From: Williopsis jadinii
Taxonomy: Eukaryota
NCBI GenBank assembly: GCA_024346625.1
Contig: AP024664.1
Span: 496,001-560,000 of the forward strand
DNA length: 64,000 nucleotides
Direction of reading: 5' to 3'
The notes under the pieces: generated by a model
Databases searched by the model: none
Seen by the model: only the letters and a program-made list of their open reading frames with translations
Told to the model about the DNA's origin: nothing
Shown: piece by piece, positions 21,529 through 31,700 of the stretch
Numbering within the stretch: the first letter of the stretch is position 1
Layout of the letters: each line of letters opens with the position of its first letter
Program-made: the position numbers and the translations under genes

Positions 21529-22980
21529 TCATGACTCCGAGTGTAGTTCTTCGATCTTTGGCTTTTGTTTGAGTCTCACCTTACCATCAACGATTTCTAC
21601 TTCAAAACCGGCTTCATCCAGAGTTTCATCTGGCACAGCTTCTTGAGCTTCCAATTTAGAAACAAATTCCTGGTTCTTGTCGTTATTCAACAACAGGAAC
21701 CTCAAGCATACGATGCTTCTCTCCTTGATGAAGGGCTCGTTATCGTCAATGATGCAATTGGAGAGAACAAGCTCCAGGCCGTGTAATTCACGCATTTGCT
21801 CCTGGACCTCAAAGTTCTGATACGTCAATGCCGATAGTGTTTCAATTATCATCGATTTGGTATGTGGGAAGCTACTGTATTCGATGGTTTGATCAGCTCC
21901 CTTTGTTCTATCAGAGTCTTTCAGCTTCTTTGGCTTGATGTTCTTATGGAGGACCCCCAAAAGGGAGATGAGCAACTCAACACCTTGGTACGATAGAAGA
22001 AACTTCCTGGTGTGTTCGAAATGAACAAGAGAGCTTAGACAGTCCAACGACATCACCAATTCCTCATAGATAATCTTAGCATCGCCCTCAGCTTTGTTGA
22101 AGAAGTCTTGTACCTTTACCAACATCTTCTGGTAGAGTTCCCATAGCCATGATAAGATAACGGTCAGTTCAAACACTTCCCAGGACTTCTTACTGGTGAT
22201 CAAAGCTTCTGCAACCTTCAGGAACCTCACCGAGTCTTCATCCTTGTTATAGCTCATTGTGAACTTGAAGAAGGATTCATGTACAATCAGCTTGGAAAAT
22301 ATCTTCACCAGCAACAGCCCGTTGCGATCGAGGTCTCTTGTCGTATCCAGGGCTTCGTATTGATTCAGCAGATCAATCATGATAATATAGCCTTTGCCCT
22401 TAGACAATGCTTCGAACAAGAGGTCGGAGTCGTTGATCACATTGTTCACATAGGAAAGAACCGTAAACGTCACGTTTTCAGACCACTGTGCTTTCCTGTT
22501 GAACAGCTCAACCAGCTCATAGAGCAGCGAACGATCGTGTGTTTTCTTGTTCACGGTGAGGTTTGAAAGCAGCTGGAAGGCACTGACAACACTGTTCTCA
22601 AACACGTCGGCATCCAGCGTCTTCAAGCCCTCCAATTGGTCCAAGAAGAAGAACACAACCTGTCTTATCTCTAAGCGTTCAGCCACTTCTCTATCCATGG
22701 ACAACAGGTTACGGCCCAAGATCACCACACCTCTCAGAAGACGAACACGCAGGCTCACCAGCTCATCCTCAGCAAGCGTCAGCTCCAGGTTCGCACGTAC
22801 CAGCCTCCAAATCAGCTCGCTCTGGGACAGTTCCCTTCTCAACGATTCAACATGTAGCGATGACTGTATGATTCGCCCCAAATCGCTCAGCACATCTCTC
22901 AAAGTCGCCTCCGAGGACTCTGGGGACTTTGTAATCAGAAGCACCCGATTCAGCACCTTCTCAGCTTCTAGCACACTCAT
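21529..22980 (-). CDS. CTR86: Ataxin-10-domain ARM protein Ctr86
   Basis: C-terminal VQEQMRELHGLELVLSNCIIDDNEPFIKERSIVCLRFLLLNN; convergent with THR4 as in S. cerevisiae. Confidence 0.92.
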   Translation of the reverse strand: MSVLEAEKVLNRVLLITKSPESSEATLRDVLSDLGRIIQSSLHVESLRRELSQSELIWRLVRANLELTLAEDELVSLRVRLLRGVVILGRNLLSMDREVAERLEIRQVVFFFLDQLEGLKTLDADVFENSVVSAFQLLSNLTVNKKTHDRSLLYELVELFNRKAQWSENVTFTVLSYVNNVINDSDLLFEALSKGKGYIIMIDLLNQYEALDTTRDLDRNGLLLVKIFSKLIVHESFFKFTMSYNKDEDSVRFLKVAEALITSKKSWEVFELTVILSWLWELYQKMLVKVQDFFNKAEGDAKIIYEELVMSLDCLSSLVHFEHTRKFLLSYQGVELLISLLGVLHKNIKPKKLKDSDRTKGADQTIEYSSFPHTKSMIIETLSALTYQNFEVQEQMRELHGLELVLSNCIIDDNEPFIKERSIVCLRFLLLNNDKNQEFVSKLEAQEAVPDETLDEAGFEVEIVDGKVRLKQKPKIEELHSES

Positions 22981-23214
22981 CTTTAAGGGTCTAAATGCCG
23001 ATATTTGATGCCTTTTGGCGACGAGATGAGCTTAGAGCCTGGGACATAATGGGAGAAAAGTCTATGCTAGAGTCGGATATCGTGCTCCCCAGGTCGGAAT
23101 TTCCCGCTTTGGGATAATTACTACATCCGGACATTAAACTACATTATTCTTCCATGCCTATGTTATATGATATGATATGCTATAAACCATGGGAAAGAGG
23201 CTCCAAATGGTTCT

Positions 23215-25989
23215 TTAATCCATCTTCTCGTCGTCGTCATCGGACTCTGAGTGCTGCTCGAGGTTTAGAGTCCTTTTTTTGGCGCTGAACCACCCACCTT
23301 GTTCCTCGTCATCACTATCATCACCTTCTTCAAGGTCTTCATCTTCTTCTTCAAGGTCTTCATCATCGCTCTCCTCAGGCTCACTGCCCGATACAACCAC
23401 CTCCTCGTCGCCGTCCTCCTCTATGAACTCAGCCCGTGTGGTCTCTGCGCTTTTGAAGAACAAGTAGCTGTACTCGTTGTCCTTGGAGGTTCTCACAATG
23501 TCCTTAGCGATTCTAGCAATAAACCTCTGGATCGCTCTCAGGGACTTGGTGAACTCGTGCTTGTTCTTGTTGATGTACTTGCCATGGCTCGAGATGATGC
23601 TCTTCACCCATAGAAGGTTGTACTCGATGTGCTGCGACGTCATCGCAATGGAGCCGATAAAGTCCAACAGTCTGTTAACATACACTATAGGCAGGTCCTG
23701 TGCGATGAGCCTGACATCTTTCAATGGGATGGCCTCATAGACTTGGTGAATCAGGAACCTCTCGTTGAGTCTGAACGACATCACCAACGCTTGCAAATAG
23801 TTCTTCTCCTGCAACGTCTCCAGCGTGGATTCAATAGTGACATCGATATCCAGGTCAAACGGATCAAATATCACTTGGTCATCAATGGAGAAGATCATGA
23901 TGCCTTCAGTAGCTGCTGCTGCGAAGGACACGGCAGTTGGCGAGAATTGGATAGAGGTGACTCTAACTTCTGGTCTCGTGTTACGAGAGCTTGGATCACC
24001 ACCACGCTTCGAGCCAGGCAAGGAATGGTCGATACGATCTTCCAGGTCGCTGTTTTCTCCATCACGGTCAATCAGGTCCAAGGAGCCGGCCTCTGTGAGC
24101 CTCGAGCTATTGAGGAACTTCTGCGTACCATCCAGGTTCATGTTCAGAGACACCGTGAATCGTCTCAAGAGAACTTCGTTAGGAATATCGTACAGACAGA
24201 TGGAATTGTTGTCACCAGCAGCGACAAGAGTTAGACCATCAAAGCTGTAGTCAATTGATGTGAAGTTCTTGCCTCTTGCTGAGTTTGAAGCGGTGAATCT
24301 ATCGTTCAGGTATCTGCCCACTATCACATCCTTACGACCGTCAATATTGCCAACTTGCTTGCCCTCCTCGATGTCCCAGAACTGGATCTGTCCGTTCAGC
24401 GTGCTGACAGCAAGCTGCTTGGAATCAGGTCTCATTGCTAAGGACAAGACATCGTTATGGATGTCAAATGGCTCAACATGCCCAGAACGTCCAAAGATGG
24501 ACCATACCCTCACGGTCTTGTCCCACGAGGCACTGGCAAGCACACTGTTTTCCACTCCAAAGGCCAGGCACGATACGGGACCCGTGTGACCAGAAAGGGT
24601 ATCGACAAGCTGTGCTGTTTGAACGGACCAGACGTATATGTCAAAGGTATCCTGTGAAGCAGCACACACAACTTCACCACTTGGATCCACGGCCAGCGAG
24701 CCGAATTTGACCCTCTCAGCTGCTGTGAAAGTTCTAAAGTTACGATACCTTATGAGGTCCCATGCCTTGACTGTGCCGTCGAAGGAAGCAGAGAATAAGA
24801 CCTGGCCCTTCTTAGCAAACTTCACACAGCTCACTGCGCTTGTATGCTGTTCAAAAGTTGCCAGGCAGAACCCTGACACCACGTCCCAGATCTTGATCTT
24901 ACCATCGTCCGATGCTGACACCACCTTGGATCCATCTGGCGAGTATGTCAGGTTATTCGTCGAGTCGAAGTGTCCTTGCTGCTTCAAGATGTACGATTCT
25001 GATTGCCATTCATACACCAAGAGCTGGCCTAGTTTGGCAGATCCAAAGGCCAGCCACTCGCCTGTGTTGTTGATCTGAACAGCATTGACACCATTCTGGC
25101 CCATACTCAGCTGCTGAATCATGTTGAACTCTGGCAGCTCGTAGAGACGGAACTCACCATTGGCAAAGCCCACGACAAAGAGGTTTGAGTCTGCGTGGAA
25201 CGTGGCACACTTGACGTTGGACTCTGCGTAGAAGTAGTTTCTTTTGGTGATTCTCCAGCTCATTGGAGCACTATCGTTGTCGTCTTCGTTCTCGCTTTCG
25301 TCGTCGCTTTCATCTCCACTCGGCTTCTTGGTGTATTCCCATTTCAGCAGAGCTCCATCTTTGCTCACGGTGTAGATGATCTCCTGATCTGCACTGAAGA
25401 AAGCCTTGATAACCGTGTCTCTGTGTCCAGCAAATGTCATCGCAGCAGAGGCCTCTTGCGAATCCAGGGAGAACATTCTTGAGGTCAAGTCCTTCGACGT
25501 GGAGATGAAGAATCTCGAGTCCGATGACCAGGTGATGGACGTGACATCCGCATAGTGGCCAGCGTAGATTCTATGGCGCACAAACGGTGCAAACTGCCGG
25601 TCCTCGCCAGCATCAGGAGTCTTCCAGACCTGTACCAGCCTACCAACCGCAATGGCAAAGTGCGAGCCATCTGGCGAGAACTGTAGGTCCAGTACCCGGT
25701 CCTTGAAGTTGAAGTGGTGCAGTACCGTTCTTGCGTGGAAATTCACCAATATCGCACGTCCATCGGTGTCCACCGTCAGCATCAGAGTCTCCTGCTTGTT
25801 CAATGCAACACGCACCACGTTCTTCCTGTGCTCAAAGGGGAAAGTAAACGACTTGTTGTTAACCAGGTCGAAGCATGTCACTCTGTTGCCCACGGGACTC
25901 AGCAGCTGTGTGCCGTCGTGTGTGAAAACGAGGTTGCCCTGCGAGTACACGGTGCCCAGCAGGTTCGATAGCTTGAAATCTGACTTCAT
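23215..25989 (-). CDS. PWP2: SSU processome WD40 protein Pwp2/Utp1
   Basis: MKSDFKLSNLLGTVY, WQSESYILKQQGH, FDPFDLDIDVT, Utp12-like C-terminal domain. Confidence 0.98.
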   Translation of the reverse strand: MKSDFKLSNLLGTVYSQGNLVFTHDGTQLLSPVGNRVTCFDLVNNKSFTFPFEHRKNVVRVALNKQETLMLTVDTDGRAILVNFHARTVLHHFNFKDRVLDLQFSPDGSHFAIAVGRLVQVWKTPDAGEDRQFAPFVRHRIYAGHYADVTSITWSSDSRFFISTSKDLTSRMFSLDSQEASAAMTFAGHRDTVIKAFFSADQEIIYTVSKDGALLKWEYTKKPSGDESDDESENEDDNDSAPMSWRITKRNYFYAESNVKCATFHADSNLFVVGFANGEFRLYELPEFNMIQQLSMGQNGVNAVQINNTGEWLAFGSAKLGQLLVYEWQSESYILKQQGHFDSTNNLTYSPDGSKVVSASDDGKIKIWDVVSGFCLATFEQHTSAVSCVKFAKKGQVLFSASFDGTVKAWDLIRYRNFRTFTAAERVKFGSLAVDPSGEVVCAASQDTFDIYVWSVQTAQLVDTLSGHTGPVSCLAFGVENSVLASASWDKTVRVWSIFGRSGHVEPFDIHNDVLSLAMRPDSKQLAVSTLNGQIQFWDIEEGKQVGNIDGRKDVIVGRYLNDRFTASNSARGKNFTSIDYSFDGLTLVAAGDNNSICLYDIPNEVLLRRFTVSLNMNLDGTQKFLNSSRLTEAGSLDLIDRDGENSDLEDRIDHSLPGSKRGGDPSSRNTRPEVRVTSIQFSPTAVSFAAAATEGIMIFSIDDQVIFDPFDLDIDVTIESTLETLQEKNYLQALVMSFRLNERFLIHQVYEAIPLKDVRLIAQDLPIVYVNRLLDFIGSIAMTSQHIEYNLLWVKSIISSHGKYINKNKHEFTKSLRAIQRFIARIAKDIVRTSKDNEYSYLFFKSAETTRAEFIEEDGDEEVVVSGSEPEESDDEDLEEEDEDLEEGDDSDDEEQGGWFSAKKRTLNLEQHSESDDDDEKMD

Positions 25990-26060
25990 TGGCCCTGTAT
26001 AGCTGCCTCTTTACCAGCCAATTGGGGTATATTTTGTATATAAAAAGGCCCGAAGCTGTG

Positions 26061-26182
26061 GAAAAAATTTCTCGGGAGATGCGATGAGCTGGGAGTTCCG
26101 GGGGCGATGGCCGGGGAGTTCCGGGGGAGATGGTCCGGTGACTTCCGAGGGCGATGAGCTGCAAGTTCCGGGGGTGAAAATT
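26061..26182. promoter_or_regulatory. RRPE - 4x ~23-bp PAC-containing tandem repeat - RRPE, in the PWP2/MPP6 divergent promoter
   Basis: GAAAAAATTT at 26061; units start at 26081, 26104, 26127 and 26151 (gcgatgagct..gttccgggg); intact PAC GCGATGAG in units 1 and 4; TGAAAATT at 26175. Confidence 0.8.
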
Positions 26183-26260
26183 CCACCTCCTCAGGCACTC
26201 TTCTGGGTATCAAACAGAGTCTTTTATCTACAGCTATCACCATTGGTAAGGGTGTTGAGG

Positions 26261-26781
26261 ATGAGCGAGAAGAAGGGCAAGATGTCCAGCAACGTGCTGA
26301 ACATGAAGGTGAGTTTTCGTGCTGTTTGGTCGCCCCTGGAGCGAGATATACTGACATGTTGAAGTTCATGAAACAAGCCGAGATACGTGAAGAGGAGAGG
26401 CAGCGAGAGGATAAGGAGAGCAGGCTCAAGGACCTGTCAGAGTGGAGGACCGCGTCTGCAGAGAGCCTGAAGAAGAGGCTGGTGTCGAAGAACGGGCAGG
26501 GCCCGCGGGTGGTGGGGTACCAGACGGTGTATGAGATCTCCAATGTTGGCTCACCGGTGGTTGGTAGACGAACATTCAACACCGGTGAGAGGAAGACGAA
26601 GACGAAGAACACGGGGGACACAGCTGGTGAAGAGGGCCACGATGAGCAAGGTGACGAGGGTATTGTTGAGCTCGACACGCTGTGGAAGAAGGACACGTCC
26701 AAGACGAGATCTAAATCGAAAAGACCGTTGAGCGATGAGAGCCCCAAGAAGGAAACAAAGAAACGTAGATCGCATCCATAG
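26261..26781 (+). CDS. MPP6: Nuclear exosome cofactor Mpp6; exons 26261-26308, 26365-26781
   Basis: Removing intron 26309-26364 (GTGAGT..TACTGAC..AAG) yields the conserved SSNVLNMK|FMK; GRRTF motif downstream; syntenic with SNF12. Confidence 0.8.
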
Positions 26782-26817
26782 TACAACATTATCATTGCTA
26801 CATTGATTAATACACAC

Positions 26818-27606
26818 TTATTTCTTCTTCTTGCCCTTGTGATGCTTACTGTCTTCCTTGACGAAGCCAGCTCTCATGACTGCTTCCCTGGTAGTACTGT
26901 TGATATGCTTGAATCTATCAGGCCCGATGTGTGTACCTCCAAACCATCTGCTAACAACGACAAGGACGTTCCACACGTCCATTATCGTCAAAAGATGGAG
27001 CATTCGGCCACCAGCCGCAGTCTCACCATCATCGTCACAGTCACTGATCCTGGTGCCGTTATCGTTCTGGATGCGGTACGCCACCATGTTATGCGATGCC
27101 CTGGAGATCTTTCTATCAGTCTTGAGCGTTTGTAGGTAGTGGAAGACGTCGTTCTCACTGTGCACCTCTCGGGCAAACGCTATGAACGTAGAGCCTCTGT
27201 CAGTGACTGGCTCACTCATGGTCCATCCACTGAGAGCATCAATCTCGACTGGTTCGGCGTCCACGTGATTACCACCATCGTCTTCACCGTCACCGGCATC
27301 AGTGCCCAACACACCATCGAGCTCTGTGAGGAAGTCAAACACACAAACCGAGCCAGGATGATAAACAGAGTGCATCACATCGTTGAACAGGCTCTCCAGG
27401 TACTGGTCGTCGTGTCCCGAGCTCTGTACTTGCAATATGTGAGGGCTATCAGTCTCTGGGTACTCCTTGGGGAAAGATACTCTCAGCCTGAAATCCTCAT
27501 GATTGGGTACTTTCAGCTCAATAAGCCCATCGTTAAGCCTCGAAAGACACTCTGGATAGATGGCTTCAATCGCGTCGATCTCGTCAAGCACGTCCTGTGA
27601 ACACAT
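26818..27606 (-). CDS. YIH1: IMPACT-family Gcn2 inhibitor (RWD + UPF0029 domains)
   Basis: EIDAIEAIYP, DCDDDGETAAGGRMLHLL, VVVSRWFGGTHIGPDRFKHIN. Confidence 0.95.
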   Translation of the reverse strand: MCSQDVLDEIDAIEAIYPECLSRLNDGLIELKVPNHEDFRLRVSFPKEYPETDSPHILQVQSSGHDDQYLESLFNDVMHSVYHPGSVCVFDFLTELDGVLGTDAGDGEDDGGNHVDAEPVEIDALSGWTMSEPVTDRGSTFIAFAREVHSENDVFHYLQTLKTDRKISRASHNMVAYRIQNDNGTRISDCDDDGETAAGGRMLHLLTIMDVWNVLVVVSRWFGGTHIGPDRFKHINSTTREAVMRAGFVKEDSKHHKGKKKK

Positions 27607-27747
27607 CTTCAGCACAACACCGTCTACGTCTTTCCAAGCTCAAATGTTGGAGTATCAAGGCTCCCCCTCGAGAGACATAAAATGAAAAAAAAAATGGGAA
27701 GCAGATCATCTCACACCGGACATAATTCACTACAAAACATCACCAAA

Positions 27748-28728
27748 ATGGCTGATATCCTCAAGGAAAAGGGCAATTGTGCCTTCAAAGAAGGGAAATA
27801 CGCCGAAGCTGATAGGCTGTACTACAGTGCGATTGTATTGGACCCTAAGAACAGCGTCTTGTACTCGAATAGAGCCATTGCACTGGTGAACCTATCACAA
27901 TGGGAGACTTGTGTCCAGGTATGCGATGAAGGTCTAGCACAAGAACCAGAGGTGAAGACGAAGATCAAGTTGCTGTGGAGAAAGGGGACTGCACTGATGA
28001 AACAATCACGATACACCGATGCTCGGGATTGTTATTCACAGGCATTGGAGTTGGACCCTGCCAACAAGATGGTGCTGAAGAGTATGGAGGAACTGACCTC
28101 GGCACAGGCAGAGGAGGCACAGGTGAAGAGAGCCCATAGTGTTGATGAACAGCGATCCGAGAAGAAGATGAAGACGACGCTGGAGGATATCCCGATCTAT
28201 GAAGTTGATAGGTTGCCAGATGAATTCTGTGTCAGCAAATCAGAGGCTTCGTCTGCTTCAGATGTAACATCAGCATCAGTATCAAAGCCAACATCAGGAT
28301 TAATATCGAAACTTGTGATACAGGAAGTGAACATAGACAAACCATCCACTGCTCCCAAGTTCCCTGAAATGCCAACACTTCAACAGCTCACTACAATCAT
28401 CAAGTCTCCGTCCGATGATGTATACTACTACGCCTTCAATTTGCCGATTCCCCTGTTGAAGAGACTGCTATCCACTGGATGTATCGAACCCTCAATCATC
28501 AACTTCTTCTTGGATGCTATAACATTCAATGTATCTTCAAATGCTTCAGTTAATGCCTCAGCCAATGAAAGGGCAGCTCAGTTGTTAATCACATTAGCAC
28601 AGGCCCCACGGTTCAAACTCGTTTCAATGTTCGTCAACAAACCCAAATTGCAAAGCATCACTACACATATATCATCAACAGTTCAAAGAGGACAACTAGA
28701 GCAGATCAATAATCTATGGAAGTATTGA
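27748..28728 (+). CDS. TAH1: TPR Hsp90 co-chaperone, Tah1/RPAP3-like, with a C-terminal RPAP3_C-like domain
   Basis: Carboxylate-clamp TPR (KEKGN..FK..YSNRA..K..WRKG); divergent from YIH1 as in S. cerevisiae. Start at 27748 preferred over 27682. Confidence 0.75.
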   Translation: MADILKEKGNCAFKEGKYAEADRLYYSAIVLDPKNSVLYSNRAIALVNLSQWETCVQVCDEGLAQEPEVKTKIKLLWRKGTALMKQSRYTDARDCYSQALELDPANKMVLKSMEELTSAQAEEAQVKRAHSVDEQRSEKKMKTTLEDIPIYEVDRLPDEFCVSKSEASSASDVTSASVSKPTSGLISKLVIQEVNIDKPSTAPKFPEMPTLQQLTTIIKSPSDDVYYYAFNLPIPLLKRLLSTGCIEPSIINFFLDAITFNVSSNASVNASANERAAQLLITLAQAPRFKLVSMFVNKPKLQSITTHISSTVQRGQLEQINNLWKY

Positions 28729-28742
28729 TGAGATAACATTCA

Positions 28743-31700
28743 CTAAAGCTTTCTTGATCCATTCTTCTTCGATGACATATACAACTTGTAACCAGCTAAT
28801 CCTTTCTTCGTACTTGGAATCGAATCAGGCTGGAATATGTCAATGGCAATCTCTGGGATGTAACGGCGTAGATCAACGCCAAAGAAATCTCTTATAATCA
28901 GTGGTAGAGCAAATATCATTACGGTTAATGTGAACATGAACAAAAATACCACAAAGTAGAACTGCATGGCTGCCCTCCGACGTCTTCTCTTCTTGGGCGA
29001 CAATACCTGAGGACGTATTTGTCTCTCTGGTCTTAGCCAAAATAGCATCAACGAATGCCACTTGTCGACATATGGGATAAGAAGAACTGGAAACTGGATG
29101 AACAATATGAAGTGACCCAAGAAAAAATCATTCACAAACATACTCATCTCAATGATCTTACAGAAATACTCTCTTAAGGGCTGTGTAACTGTTCTCCAGC
29201 CCATACCAGAGCCAATCCACTTACCAGACCACCATGCTTTATTTGATCTATCGTGTTTGAATTCTCTCGTCAAGAGCGTTGTTGTAATAATCTTGAACAA
29301 TATACCTTGAATCAACGTACAAATATACATTCCAAGAACAGCCATCTTGAAGTCCCAATTTTGCGTAAACCAAAGTAGTTCAAATGTGATAACATATACT
29401 AGTATTGACACTGTATGTGCAACTGCAGCTATCAAAGATGGGAACTTTGGAATGCAAAGTGAAATGATAGGTCCTATCAAGACAGAAACAACAAATAATG
29501 CCAATAGTAAAAGTGCATTAATGACAACCGGTCCTAGCGAGAATAATGCTATGCCTAAGACCGGGTTTGTCTGTCTGGAATTCTTCACCTCGTTTTGAGC
29601 ATTCATAAATAAATATGCGGTAGACACAACCGAGAAATGCAATAGAGATGGTATGATCTGTGATGAGATCATATTGACAAAAGATGGTTTCTTAAAATCA
29701 GAAGTTCTCTTTTCAATAACTTCCATGGTAGCTCTTCTCTTAGAACCTGTGCCTTGTATTCTCATGGCCCTGATATGACCAATCCATGAATTAGCTTGAG
29801 AGCTTGAATTGCCAGACGATAACCATTTAAGGTATCGTTTGTAATCAAGAAAGAACTCGGTCCAGGCGAACTGGTTTGGATTGTACAAGAAAGGTGCCAC
29901 CAAAAGTGCAAACATAGTCAACCAGAAATACAAAAGCGCAATATCCCATAATGCAAGAGAACAAAACAACAACATGGCAAGTGCAGACCCTGCAAAGTAG
30001 AAACTTTCAGATGAGAACCTAGAAAAAAGCAAGTGGAAGGGAACTCGAACTGTTGCAAAACCACGTCCTGTAGCTATGTATCTCGCACCTCCAAATGACA
30101 TGTCGTTTATCAAGGACTGTGAGTAAATCTTACAAACAAAGACCTCAAACATGGGAGAAAGACACATCAAATGCTTGCTCAACCTCGTGAAAGCCCGCCA
30201 TATTCCCCTCTCTGTAAGTTCCTGTACACATAAGGGAAGGAATGACAGGGAAAATACAGTAAAGATGGAGAACACACTTCGTTCTAACCACTTGATCATC
30301 GGTATAAGATTGGAGCACCCTGTTGGCTTTCTTGGATCGGTTATTGGTACGTGACGATTGTACTCACAAACCACAGACTCATGGACAAGTGAAGCCAAGT
30401 TAAGAGCAACCAGAAGGAACAACTGAAGAGAAAAAATTATGAAGACATTATTCAAATGGAAGCCCGGATGTGCATAGTAGAAGGACAAAAACCTATCCAA
30501 AGGCAATTGGGTTCCCAAATAATAATATTCACGAGAGAGCATCTGCTCTCCCATGCCAGCACCAATCTTGGTGTTGAAATTTAAAATGGATCCAAACCCC
30601 AAATCTCTTCCTTTACCACATTGCATATACTCACAATGTTTAATTCTTCCACCTCTTAGTACGGCATTCATACCAGCGTAAATATCCTCATTTAAATGTA
30701 AACCCTTCTGAGCCTTGGAAACACCACCCCTTGTTGTCATGAAAATGGTGTTCAAGAAATCAGGATGTCCATAGTGTAACTTACCTCCAATTCTTGCCAA
30801 CGTTCTTGCAAATAAGGTTCCAAACGTTTGTTCCTTACCTGCCGCAACATCACCCAAGATTCCTATGTTCTCTGAAAAGATATATTCCCTTGTACCTACA
30901 ATGGCAACAGGTGATGCTTCTTGCTGTTCTTCGGATGAAACCATTTCCCGGCATTCGAGTTGAGTCTCTTCAAATTCTGCCAATACGCTTCTTATTTTAA
31001 GACACTCCTCCAAATAGTTATCCTGGTTCGCATCAATAAGTTGGATGTATTCGCCCCTGCAAAAGATCAACGCATGGTTCTGGTTGTCAGATTTTCCATC
31101 CCCTAGAATTGGATTCCCGGAGAGTCTGATTCTGTACTTTGGTTTTCTTTGTCCGTTCAGTAATATCTTGCAACTTCCATCAATCAAACAAGAGTAGTAT
31201 GTCAATTTTCCATGTGGATCTACATCTTCCTCCAAATATGAAATTTGTAACTCTGGGTAAGCACGCAAGATAAGCTCCTTATCCTCCCTCTCCTCAGCAC
31301 TAAAGTCGTTCATTCTCTGCATTGATACAACCATTCGAAATTTCCTCAAAGCCATGACGGCAGCCTTTTCCATTCTGAGAAGTTCGTCACTCTCGAAATC
31401 TGAAGAACGCTTCAACGGATACTCCACGTCATACATCAACTTGATTGCCCTCGAATAATTCATAAACCCGGATATAGTTCTGTAGATAGTTTGAGACCGC
31501 AACGATGCCCAAATTCTAGTTCTCAATATGTATTCAGGTGTTGCAGACTTAAACCCAACGGTGTAAAATGGTAAGTTTCCAGGCTCTTGTTTTGTACCTG
31601 CAATATTACCTCCAGCTGAGTAATCTTCAGAAGATGAGGAGCTCGTCAAATCATTTTCCTCAGCTAACATTTTTGTGTCCTGAACGAAGCATTTCCATTC

